DNA of 55,818 nt from a virus (taxonomy: Duplodnaviria; Caudoviricetes). The number at the start of each line of letters is the position of its first letter. The stretch's first letter is position 1. Under the pieces are notes generated by a model, which did not search any database, was not told the DNA's origin, and worked only from the letters and a program-made list of their open reading frames with translations. Of the stretch, positions 28,426 to 37,280 are shown one piece after another. Position numbers and translations under genes: made by a program. Location: positions 1 to 55,818 of the IMG/VR virus record IMGVR_UViG_3300028822_000225; one strand, given 5' to 3'.

Positions 28426-31400
28426 TTATACCTCCTCAATTATCATATAACCACTTGCATTTACATACTGTTTCCAACAATTTGCTCCATTACAAAAGGT
28501 TTGATAACTTGAATTGGTTACATTATTATTGCTCATATCAAGATTTCCAGTCATTGTATCTCCAGTATCATCTAAATATTGGTCATCTAATGCTGTATTG
28601 CTCAATGTTAGTGAACCATAAGTTCCACTTACTTCTCCTCCGAAGGAATCTCCTAATTCAATATACTCATCATCAAGACTTCCAGAAACAATATTTCCTG
28701 ATGAATCCAATTCTCCTGCATCTTCCCATTCTATGTTTCCACTTGCATCTATATTTGCACTTGAACCCAAAACACCTGTATTATCTACATCTAATTCTTC
28801 TCCATCACAAGATAAATAATTTCCATCGTGTTCAGAGCAATGTGCTTCATCTTCATAACTTAAACCAATTACCCAATCATATATTTGGTCTGCTGTACTT
28901 AGATGTGTTGTATCTCCATTGCTTGGTGTTGCTGTTGGAACATCTCCTATTGCATCCCAAAATGTTCCCTGTAACCATGAAATTACATTTGCTCCATTGA
29001 ATCCTATTGAATCTCCTGCATCATCATAAGTAAAATTAGCTGTAAAGGCACTTCCTACTGCATCCTGCATTTCTTCTGTTGTGTTATAAGTATTTGTGTC
29101 CGTGTCATCAAAATAAGCACTTGAACTTTGACAAGTTCCATTCCCAAGTAAGACTTCATCTGTTGCACACTCTGTACTTGCATTTGTATCAGTTGTATAA
29201 TCTAATTCAGAATCATAGGTGATAGCATCACAAGAACCATCTACTGAACAGTTTGAAATTGTTGTGTCTGTATCTCTTGCATCTATTGTATTATTTAAAT
29301 ATGTTTCATTGAAATCTAAATTAACTGAACCACTCGCACTTCCACCTAATAAGTATGGAGTCAAACCAGTCAAAACCTCTGTTATATCTCCACTTCCTGT
29401 TCCTGCATCACTTAGGCAATTTCCTCCCTCAATACAAATATCTTGAGTAGTATTTATTGTCCCATTAGCTAAAACAGAACCATTTATATGCAGTTTTCTT
29501 AGTGGTGAGCTTGTGCCTATTCCTATTTCTCCACTTTCTTTAATTGTCATTATTTCATTATTAGAACTATCCAAAAAATACATGTAAGTATCTGTGTCCC
29601 TTAGTCTAAATGTAAGGTCTCCTATTGTTGCATAAGGTCTTACTCCCCCTGAACCTATATTTAAATAAGCTGAAACTCCCCCTGAACCTATATTTAAATA
29701 AGCTGAACTACCTGTGGAAATTGAACCTCCGGGAATCGAAACACTTAATAAATCATCCCCATTATGTTCAAACATCATAAATCCTCCCCACGGTTTGGGT
29801 TCTACATATATACCTATTTCTTCCTCTACTTCTTGAGAACCATCCCATCTCGAGCCAGTAACTCCTAGTCTATAACTTTCATATAAAGTATTATCTGCGT
29901 CTGCTGTTCCCTTTTTTCCTACAGACATATTTCCACCTTCAATATTATAATCTCCTGTCGCTGTGTCTCCGTCGTTTTTTAAATAAGCATCATCATTTGA
30001 AATTGCATTTATAGCCCTTGCTTCTGTAAAATATAAATTAGTGCTTCCTTCTGTTAGGTTATCTGTGTCTTTTCCAGAAAACCATGAATCAATAAAATTA
30101 GTTAAAAAAGTATCAAATATTCCTAATTTTCCATCTGCTTGTTCTTCTAATTCACTCGTGTTATAAAGATTATCATCTATAATATTTGTATTTGTGTCTG
30201 CTTCGTATTGTTCTGTTTCACAGGTTCCATCTCCACTTAAATAAGTGTCTGTTCCTGAACAAGCAGTTGAAGCATTTGTATCAGTTGTATAATCTAATTC
30301 TGAGTCGTATGTAATTAATCCACAAGAGTTATCTACTGAACAATTTGTATCTGCTTCATAATCATCTCCATCATCCAATCCACTTGGAACATTAGTCAAA
30401 TTATCCCAGTGGCTTATTATTAAATTGTTTAAATCACCTGCCACATCATAATTATCCCAATAATTACTTGAATTAACATTGAAATTTCCTTCGTTTCCTA
30501 TATTTGTTATATTGTTGTTACTCATATTTAAGTTTCCAGACATATTTACATTTTTAACACTTAAAGTATCTGTTGTTTTATTATAAGAAAAATTACAATC
30601 TTGATATAATTCTCCTTCGCCATTAGCAAAAATAACACATCCTGAATTAAAATTATCTAATTCTCTGTCTATATCTATTAAAATTTGTCCTTGATTTTCA
30701 CTACTTCTTATTACTGTTCCTACCCTAAAAGATTTGTTTGGAAAAGAAGGTTTAACATTAGTATATTCTCCTGCATTAGTTGCAGAAACATATAAAAAAT
30801 CTCCTTCTGAATATGTAGATGTATTTAATTCTCTAACCCTTCCAAAAGTTGTAATATATCCTACTGCGTTATTAGAAATAGAATTTTCTGTAACCATTCC
30901 AATCATTCTTGAAGTTGAAAGATTATCTGATTTTGCTAATTTTACCTGTGGATTATCTCCAGTAGAACCCATTATATAAACTACATCTCCATTGTTAATA
31001 GTGCTTCCTTCTGTATTTTTAACTCTCATTAATAATTCTTCTCCAATATTTACTGCAACATCTTCTTCGTCATTAAAATAAACTAACGTTTTTTGCTCAT
31101 CATCGTAAAAAACCCTTCCTTCTGAATAAGAAGGAGTACTTCCTTGAGGATAATAATCTGTATAAGTAAAATTAGAATTAGTGCCATTTATATGAGTAAA
31201 TCTATTATCTGATTGTGTTTCGTTGTAAAATCCAAGAGATTGAACAAAACTCATAACTATTCTATTGTCTATTAATAAATTAATAAAACTATCTAAAATT
31301 CCTAATTTTCCATCTGTTTGTTCTTCTAATTCACTTGCATTGTAAAGATTATCATCTATTATGTTATTTCCTGATGATATTCCAGTCAATTGGCTTCCAT

Positions 31401-31575
31401 TTCCATAATAAATTGTATAATTACTTGTTGTTCCCTGTGCATATTTAACATTTGTAAGATTATGGTCTCCGTCTCTTAAATTTATATTATCATAACCATA
31501 AGGAGTCCAATCTGCTGAAGATATTAATCCTATTAAGACTATACTTGCAATTAGGAAGGTTATTATTTTTTTCAT
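28426..31575 (-). CDS. 1049-aa fibre-like protein with signal peptide
   Basis: Signal peptide MKKIITFLIASIVLIGLISSA. Contains a cement-like domain (GDVVYI...IGMV...G.ITTFG), fibre motifs (IGIGTSSP..KLHING, GDTMTGNL) and internal repeats. Confidence 0.75.
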   Translation of the reverse strand: MKKIITFLIASIVLIGLISSADWTPYGYDNINLRDGDHNLTNVKYAQGTTSNYTIYYGNGSQLTGISSGNNIIDDNLYNASELEEQTDGKLGILDSFINLLIDNRIVMSFVQSLGFYNETQSDNRFTHINGTNSNFTYTDYYPQGSTPSYSEGRVFYDDEQKTLVYFNDEEDVAVNIGEELLMRVKNTEGSTINNGDVVYIMGSTGDNPQVKLAKSDNLSTSRMIGMVTENSISNNAVGYITTFGRVRELNTSTYSEGDFLYVSATNAGEYTNVKPSFPNKSFRVGTVIRSSENQGQILIDIDRELDNFNSGCVIFANGEGELYQDCNFSYNKTTDTLSVKNVNMSGNLNMSNNNITNIGNEGNFNVNSSNYWDNYDVAGDLNNLIISHWDNLTNVPSGLDDGDDYEADTNCSVDNSCGLITYDSELDYTTDTNASTACSGTDTYLSGDGTCETEQYEADTNTNIIDDNLYNTSELEEQADGKLGIFDTFLTNFIDSWFSGKDTDNLTEGSTNLYFTEARAINAISNDDAYLKNDGDTATGDYNIEGGNMSVGKKGTADADNTLYESYRLGVTGSRWDGSQEVEEEIGIYVEPKPWGGFMMFEHNGDDLLSVSIPGGSISTGSSAYLNIGSGGVSAYLNIGSGGVRPYATIGDLTFRLRDTDTYMYFLDSSNNEIMTIKESGEIGIGTSSPLRKLHINGSVLANGTINTTQDICIEGGNCLSDAGTGSGDITEVLTGLTPYLLGGSASGSVNLDFNETYLNNTIDARDTDTTISNCSVDGSCDAITYDSELDYTTDTNASTECATDEVLLGNGTCQSSSAYFDDTDTNTYNTTEEMQDAVGSAFTANFTYDDAGDSIGFNGANVISWLQGTFWDAIGDVPTATPSNGDTTHLSTADQIYDWVIGLSYEDEAHCSEHDGNYLSCDGEELDVDNTGVLGSSANIDASGNIEWEDAGELDSSGNIVSGSLDDEYIELGDSFGGEVSGTYGSLTLSNTALDDQYLDDTGDTMTGNLDMSNNNVTNSSYQTFCNGANCWKQYVNASGYMIIEEV

Positions 31576-31576
31576 T

Positions 31577-31834
31577 TTATATTATAATTGATATTACTAA
31601 TGCCCCCGAAAAACCAATCAAAGCACCAATAATTCCTATCATAAATTTAATTAATTTATTATCTGAAGGAAGCGACCTATTTGAAAGATGATTGTATAAT
31701 TGTCTATTAGTTTTTTCCAAATCCTCAAATGACTTCCTTATCTCTTTTTTGAATTCATCAAATTCCTTAACGAGATTTTCCACCATATTTCTTGTCACTT
31801 TACCATACGTACAGCCCCCATTAGATTTGGACAT
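31577..31834 (-). CDS. Coiled-coil protein with C-terminal TM helix
   Basis: Amphipathic N-terminal half and hydrophobic C-terminus. Confidence 0.65.
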   Translation of the reverse strand: MSKSNGGCTYGKVTRNMVENLVKEFDEFKKEIRKSFEDLEKTNRQLYNHLSNRSLPSDNKLIKFMIGIIGALIGFSGALVISIII

Positions 31835-32474
31835 TTGCCTCCCTCCAATTCGATTTTAATGTTGAATATCCTAATACCTCTTTCATAATATCCTTATATT
31901 TTTTCATATATTCTCCATAACCTGCACTAAGTTTCTGAGATATTGTTACATTCCCAAATTTTACTGAACCATCAATTCCAGCATCTCTTTTAAGATAAGC
32001 ATAGGCACTAGTTAAATATGATGCAGCTAAGCCTAGCAATGCATCTGGTGTCATGGGGTCTATCGGAGTATAGGTGTAAGAAACAAATAATTTGTAAGAA
32101 GAAGAATACGCACTAGATAAAACAAATTTCCCTTCATTATAAGTTACAGAACTCACAGTCGCAGTTGTTTCTGTTCCATCGTCGTGAACAGCATAAACAG
32201 TTATATCATCTGTATCCACAGTACCATCCAAATTAGTATCTCCTAGATAGTTTCCGTACCATTTTTTAATATAATACGTTGTATTATCCCCATCAATCTT
32301 ATTTTCTCTGGTGTTATCAATATAAAGAATTCTCTCTCTAGTAACCTTTGTGTTTATTTTTCTCATTAACTCCTTAGTTGCCTCTAAGATTAAATTAGAA
32401 ATAATAGAATCAGAGACTTCGCTAGAAGTAACATTGCTAATTCTTCTAACTTCCGAAACTGTTGTGAGAGCCAT
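31821..32474 (-). CDS. Head-tail adaptor protein
   Basis: TTVSEVR..S...SD..I..LI.EA N-terminus and LAASYL. Located after the capsid genes. Confidence 0.7.
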   Translation of the reverse strand: MALTTVSEVRRISNVTSSEVSDSIISNLILEATKELMRKINTKVTRERILYIDNTRENKIDGDNTTYYIKKWYGNYLGDTNLDGTVDTDDITVYAVHDDGTETTATVSSVTYNEGKFVLSSAYSSSYKLFVSYTYTPIDPMTPDALLGLAASYLTSAYAYLKRDAGIDGSVKFGNVTISQKLSAGYGEYMKKYKDIMKEVLGYSTLKSNWREANVQI

Positions 32475-32476
32475 AT

Positions 32477-32656
32477 TTACCTCCCTGCTTCAACAACTGC
32501 TGTTTTATTAGTAGCAGGGTCGAAATATATCACGCTTATTGCATGTAAATTCTTATCGCTCAATTCTTGGGCTAATTCAGAAATCACATTATCTGTTGTA
32601 GCTGCATCACTAACAAGTTTTCTATATCTTCCATAGTTTGTTGTTGTTACTGCCAT
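32477..32656 (-). CDS. 59-aa hypothetical protein not in the ORF track
   Basis: MAVTTTNYGRYRKL...VVEAGR exactly fills the gap. Its end supplies GGAGG for the next gene. Confidence 0.6.
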   Translation of the reverse strand: MAVTTTNYGRYRKLVSDAATTDNVISELAQELSDKNLHAISVIYFDPATNKTAVVEAGR

Positions 32657-32657
32657 T

Positions 32658-32966
32658 TTACTCTATCTCCGGTTCTTTAGAACCACTCTGAATATCAAGA
32701 ATGTCTTTAATAAGGCCCTTTTTACTCCTACCTCTAGCTCCAACAGTGTATCCAATCTCTCTCAATTCATCGAAAGTGTGTCCTTCCAATTCCTTCTTAG
32801 TCCAGACCTTATCTTTTAATCCCTCATTTCTTGTTTTATGGAAATATTCTTCCATATTAGAGGAACTATCAAATTTTCTTAATCTGTTTAGAACTTTTTG
32901 AGCTTCATTGGATTTCCCTGCTCTTACTAAGTCTTTATACTTCGTTTTAAGTTCAGCTTTATACAT
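32658..32966 (-). CDS. Protein with a Rho-N/HeH-like motif
   Basis: LEGHTFDELREIG...G.SKKGLIKDI. Such proteins commonly follow capsid genes. Confidence 0.6.
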   Translation of the reverse strand: MYKAELKTKYKDLVRAGKSNEAQKVLNRLRKFDSSSNMEEYFHKTRNEGLKDKVWTKKELEGHTFDELREIGYTVGARGRSKKGLIKDILDIQSGSKEPEIE

Positions 32967-32987
32967 TCTCTATTTACCTAAGTTTAG

Positions 32988-33287
32988 TTATGCAAACCCA
33001 GTAGCCGGGTCGTCCATTGCCATATAACCCACAGTTATATCTGTTCCAGTTACAGTAGCCCCATCACAGTGTATCGTAAAACCCGATGTGCTTCTAAGAC
33101 TAGCATTACAAGTAATTGTATCATCGCTTGTCTGAGCTACAGGTAAACAAATTGGTGTGTTTTTGAACTTTCTTTTAAAAGTTACAGCCTTTGTTCCGTC
33201 TCCATTAGAGTCCAAAGTAACTGTCGCACTTCCAGCTTGTATGTTCTGAAACTTTCCATAACCACTTCTTAAACCATATCTTCCCAT
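32988..33287 (-). CDS. Small head-decoration or H-type-lectin-like protein
   Basis: IQAGS...VTF...F...P...STSGFTI...YMA pattern. Confidence 0.6.
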   Translation of the reverse strand: MGRYGLRSGYGKFQNIQAGSATVTLDSNGDGTKAVTFKRKFKNTPICLPVAQTSDDTITCNASLRSTSGFTIHCDGATVTGTDITVGYMAMDDPATGFA

Positions 33288-33310
33288 AGTTTTTTCTCCT
33301 TCAAAATTTA

Positions 33311-33367
33311 ATTGAAATGTTACTCGGAGGTATCCCCCGAGTCAACCTTACGGTTTCCACATTCAAT
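33311..33367 (-). ncRNA. Three-way structured element downstream of the capsid gene
   Basis: Minus strand: ATTGAATGT closing stem, AACC-GTAA-GGTT GNRA hairpin and ACTCGGGGG-ATA-CCTCCGAGT hairpin. Confidence 0.55.
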
Positions 33368-33411
33368 AGTTTTATGCTTCCCAAAAAATAAATTGGAAGC
33401 TAAAAAATAAT

Positions 33412-34473
33412 TTACTCGTTAGATACGTAGATTTTTACTACCGCATCATCATGTACAATTGCTGTATCATAAGCTGTCTCTAGTACAATAGATACTTGTT
33501 TTCTCCATTGGATAGGAGCCATATCTATTACTGGTTCTTGTCCCCAACATAATGTACAAGCTTTCTTCGGTTTAGCAAGAACACAAAGTGTACCTGCTAC
33601 AGCCGCAGTGTTTCCATCTGGTGCAGCTGCACTACTAGCGAAAGTTTCTACATTATCAGTTACAATAACCCTTATACCAAGGTACTTACCTATTTCCCCG
33701 TTTTGTACTACCTCGTTACTACCATACTCTGAAGCATTGGTAAACTGAGAGTCTTGTCTCATAGCCATCTCTTGAGCTGGACCTATGAAAAGTACGAATG
33801 GGTCGTCAGGTGTATTAGACCAAGGATTCTTGGAATTTGTTGCTTTAGTAATTGTACCCGAACTGTTATAATACATTGTGCTATCTTTAAGATACCTAGC
33901 AGCCTTAGCAATCATGTCAGTAGTAAGTATATCACCACTAGCAAGATTATCAGTACCATCTCTATCATTAGCATATATGTTCAATGCTCCTTGAGTAGTA
34001 TCCCCAGAATTTGTTGCATCACCCAATTTTTGAGCAATAGCATAGTCTATTCTATCACCAATAGCTTCAGATAATTCAGCTTTAGCTTCCTGAACTACAT
34101 TGAATGCATTAGTTCTTATAGAATAATTTGTAACAGTAAATCTAGCAGTAACTACACTTGGTGTTAATTGAACCCCTGTAAGTGTGCTAAGACTTGTATT
34201 GGAGATGTCACTAGTTGTAGCCTCCCCAGTATCGAAAGTTACACCACCCCTACCAAGGTATTTTGTCCTTTTCTTAACGATATAATCGTGATGACCTTCT
34301 GGAAGATAAACTACATTTACAAAATTAGCAAAGTAGAATCTCTTCTGAGCAGCATCCATTACTTCATTAGCGAACAAAATTGGATGGTTAGTGTATGCAC
34401 TTGAGATAGCTGTACCTTGTACAGTTGATGCCTGAGTCTCATTAGACAAGTCTAAAAATTTTTGATTACTCAT
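33412..34473 (-). CDS. Major capsid protein (HK97 fold)
   Basis: 353 aa following the protease/scaffold gene. Motifs LSEAIG.RID, FVLFIGP, NGEIGKYLGIRVIVT and AVVKI. Confidence 0.9.
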   Translation of the reverse strand: MSNQKFLDLSNETQASTVQGTAISSAYTNHPILFANEVMDAAQKRFYFANFVNVVYLPEGHHDYIVKKRTKYLGRGGVTFDTGEATTSDISNTSLSTLTGVQLTPSVVTARFTVTNYSIRTNAFNVVQEAKAELSEAIGDRIDYAIAQKLGDATNSGDTTQGALNIYANDRDGTDNLASGDILTTDMIAKAARYLKDSTMYYNSSGTITKATNSKNPWSNTPDDPFVLFIGPAQEMAMRQDSQFTNASEYGSNEVVQNGEIGKYLGIRVIVTDNVETFASSAAAPDGNTAAVAGTLCVLAKPKKACTLCWGQEPVIDMAPIQWRKQVSIVLETAYDTAIVHDDAVVKIYVSNE

Positions 34474-35543
34474 CTTAATTTCGCTTGACTCAACAGCATT
34501 TCGGCGAACTCTGCATCTCCTTTTGAATAACCTTTTGGAATCTTCACTGTGTTATCTACGACAGACATAGATTTCACATCTTTCTTTTTAGAAAGATTTT
34601 CAGAAGACTCTTCTTCCTTCTTCTCTTCTTTTGGTTCCTCTTGAGATTCAGAAAGTTTAGCTATTTTTTCTCCAAGAGACTTGAGTTCTTTTATAACGAG
34701 ATTTAATTTAGAACTTAATTCTTCTGATTTGTCTTCAGATTCTTTCCCTGATTCTTCTGTTGTTTCTTCCTTAGATTCCTCTTCAGAATTTTCAACAGTT
34801 TCTTCTTTGGGTTCCTCTTTAGACTCTTCAGAAGGTTGTTCTATAACTTCATCTTTTTTCTCGTCTTCCATCTTCTCTGTTAAATCTTGACCCCCTTTCA
34901 TCTCTGTTGATTCTGATTCATCTTCCATATCCTCTTTTTTCTTTTTCTTCTTTTTTTCCCAATATTTTTTCTCATTTGTTTCTCCCCCAATTGATTCTCC
35001 TGAAACTCCTCCAGAACTTGTTACAGATAATTCCATTGGTTTTACTCTCATAGTTTTTTCTTCTTTTAATTTTTCAGATAGGTTGATATAAGCATTTTTA
35101 CATGCAGGGTCATAGACTACAGAAAAGTTAGCAAATTTTTTAATATTGAAATTTCCATCATCATCTTCTACACCAAGAACTCTGGCAGAAACACCTAATT
35201 TAGCACCACCTTTTACTAATTTCAATGCAAGGTCTTTATCCCAAATTTCCAAATCTCCCACAAGTTCCCCGCTGTCAGTCACCTCTAAATTAAGAACATT
35301 CCCTAACCAATTAGTTGCTCTTTCTTCGTGTTCATAAATAAGTGCATAATTTTTCTTATCGCTCCAATCTGTTAATTCAAAACCCTCTTTAATACTATTA
35401 GCAGTAAAGTTTAATCCATTCCATTTTCCTGGGGTTAATAATGTTTTTCCTTTTAGAATTACAGGTAATTTCAACTCGTTTTGTTCAACTTCATATTCTT
35501 GCTTTGCTAAAGTCATTTCTTGCATAAAAAAATTAAGTTTCAC
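34470..35543 (-). CDS. Prohead protease fused to an acidic scaffold
   Basis: PGKWNG, IYEH, GVS and SVV.DPAC protease motifs, then an E/K/S-rich C-terminal half. The start may be a downstream ATG. Confidence 0.8.
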   Translation of the reverse strand: MKLNFFMQEMTLAKQEYEVEQNELKLPVILKGKTLLTPGKWNGLNFTANSIKEGFELTDWSDKKNYALIYEHEERATNWLGNVLNLEVTDSGELVGDLEIWDKDLALKLVKGGAKLGVSARVLGVEDDDGNFNIKKFANFSVVYDPACKNAYINLSEKLKEEKTMRVKPMELSVTSSGGVSGESIGGETNEKKYWEKKKKKKKEDMEDESESTEMKGGQDLTEKMEDEKKDEVIEQPSEESKEEPKEETVENSEEESKEETTEESGKESEDKSEELSSKLNLVIKELKSLGEKIAKLSESQEEPKEEKKEEESSENLSKKKDVKSMSVVDNTVKIPKGYSKGDAEFAEMLLSQAKLR

Positions 35544-35598
35544 TCCTTTATAAAATTTGTTATAGTTTTATAACTTTATAATATTATAACAAATCCCC

Positions 35599-36963
35599 TT
35601 ATTCTTCTTTAGCTTGAGGTTTTTTTGTCTCCTCGTTAGGAGGAAAGGGTGCTGAAGGCAATTTCTTTGGGTTAGATTTTGCAGTTCCTCTGAATGCTTT
35701 GTATGCTTTTTCATTTTCTTCAATATCTTCTGCCGACAACATATAGGGTCTAACCTCATCGGGTGCTAGAACACCATTTCTAACTGCAGCCATTAATCTT
35801 TCATTCTTTGAATCCTTTTCTTCTGCGATTATGTCTCCAAAATCAATAGACGCTACTTCAGGGATGTTATTTGTTTCTGCTATTCTTTTAAGAACATATT
35901 TTCTGAACGCACTAGAAAATTTCTTAACAATCTGTTCAAGACTTAATTCTAATGTCATGTGCATAGTTTGAAGGGTTTGCTTATTTGCTGTTTCCCCCTC
36001 ACCAGTAGCCATAGCCATAGGCATACCTGAACTAGCTGTCTGATTTAGTTTCAAATAAGAAAGGGTCTCGTCAACAACCTTGCTATCTTGAATAGGTAGG
36101 GTATCTAATTTAACCCAGTAAGGGAAACTAAAATAACGATTATGCTTGAAATTAGAGACTTGGTCTAATACATCAGAGATTTCTTGTGGTCCTGGCTCGT
36201 GGTCTTCATTACCTACAGTAGCGATAATTGTGTTAGCCCCTCTTGTATATATTTCATTTGTTCTTGCATCTTCTAAAAGCATTTTACGATTAGTAGACTT
36301 GTGTGCCGGTTCAATTAGTCCTATTCCATAGAAACGTTCCCCATAAGTATGCAATTTGAAATGAGCTATACGTTTAGGTAAAAAGAAAATTTGATTAGAA
36401 TCTTTGGATATTTTGCTCCTATATTCTTGGGGAACAGGGTCTCCTTTTCCCTCCGCAGAATATCCAAAAGGGAGGTTCATAACATATCCGAGAGGTTTCC
36501 CATACATATCCACTGCGATTTCCTTATTATTATTTAGAGCATAATCCATCTTTTTTTCGGGAATTAGTTTCAAATCAACTACTTTCTTATCTTTAGAATC
36601 ATAAATTAATTCTACGAAAGCATTCCCATACATCAACATGTCTTGTAAGATATATTCAATAAGTTCTTCCTTTGTTACTTCTTCTCCAACGAATCCGATG
36701 TCTTCAAAGAATTGGTCCCACCATTTCTGCCATCTAGCTGTTTTACTTTTTATTTGAAAACCTGCACGAAGAATAAGTTGGAGTTGTTTATTTATTGTAT
36801 TAAATGTAACTGGGTCAAAACGATAATCTCTTTCCAATTCCTCACGTTTTACCCTATCGGTTCCCTTAACCCCTAAGGGGATTCCCATAGGTCTTCCAGC
36901 TGCCTCACCTCTAGCTAAATTAACTGCACTTACCCCTTTTAATGTATCACTTAAAAATCCCAT
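35599..36963 (-). CDS. Portal protein
   Basis: DMLMYGNAFVEL, IAHFK, YGIGLIEPA and GVLAPDEVR motifs. Confidence 0.9.
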   Translation of the reverse strand: MGFLSDTLKGVSAVNLARGEAAGRPMGIPLGVKGTDRVKREELERDYRFDPVTFNTINKQLQLILRAGFQIKSKTARWQKWWDQFFEDIGFVGEEVTKEELIEYILQDMLMYGNAFVELIYDSKDKKVVDLKLIPEKKMDYALNNNKEIAVDMYGKPLGYVMNLPFGYSAEGKGDPVPQEYRSKISKDSNQIFFLPKRIAHFKLHTYGERFYGIGLIEPAHKSTNRKMLLEDARTNEIYTRGANTIIATVGNEDHEPGPQEISDVLDQVSNFKHNRYFSFPYWVKLDTLPIQDSKVVDETLSYLKLNQTASSGMPMAMATGEGETANKQTLQTMHMTLELSLEQIVKKFSSAFRKYVLKRIAETNNIPEVASIDFGDIIAEEKDSKNERLMAAVRNGVLAPDEVRPYMLSAEDIEENEKAYKAFRGTAKSNPKKLPSAPFPPNEETKKPQAKEE

Positions 36964-37241
36964 TATTTAAACCTTATGGACCTAATCCATTTAACTAATT
37001 TAGTTTCTAGAAGATATATTGTAAACCCGTATCCTACAAAAGAGTACCATGTGAAAGGATTTCTGAAAATAACAAAAATAGCTAAACTAGACATCCCTCC
37101 AAATAAAATAACTTGCCCAATTATGTTAAAAATAACTTTCCTATCTTGTTCATCTAATTTAAAAATTTTAATATTTTTTAAGAAATTAGTGGATTTTTTC
37201 CATTTTTTCTTTAATTTTTTCCAAATTTCATTAAATTTCAT
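36963..37241 (-). CDS. 2-TM membrane protein between terminase and portal
   Basis: Two hydrophobic helices. A TATA box lies about 22 nt upstream. Confidence 0.65.
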   Translation of the reverse strand: MKFNEIWKKLKKKWKKSTNFLKNIKIFKLDEQDRKVIFNIIGQVILFGGMSSLAIFVIFRNPFTWYSFVGYGFTIYLLETKLVKWIRSIRFK

Positions 37242-37280
37242 AAAAAATAATAGAATTATAACTTTATAAAAGTTGTTATA

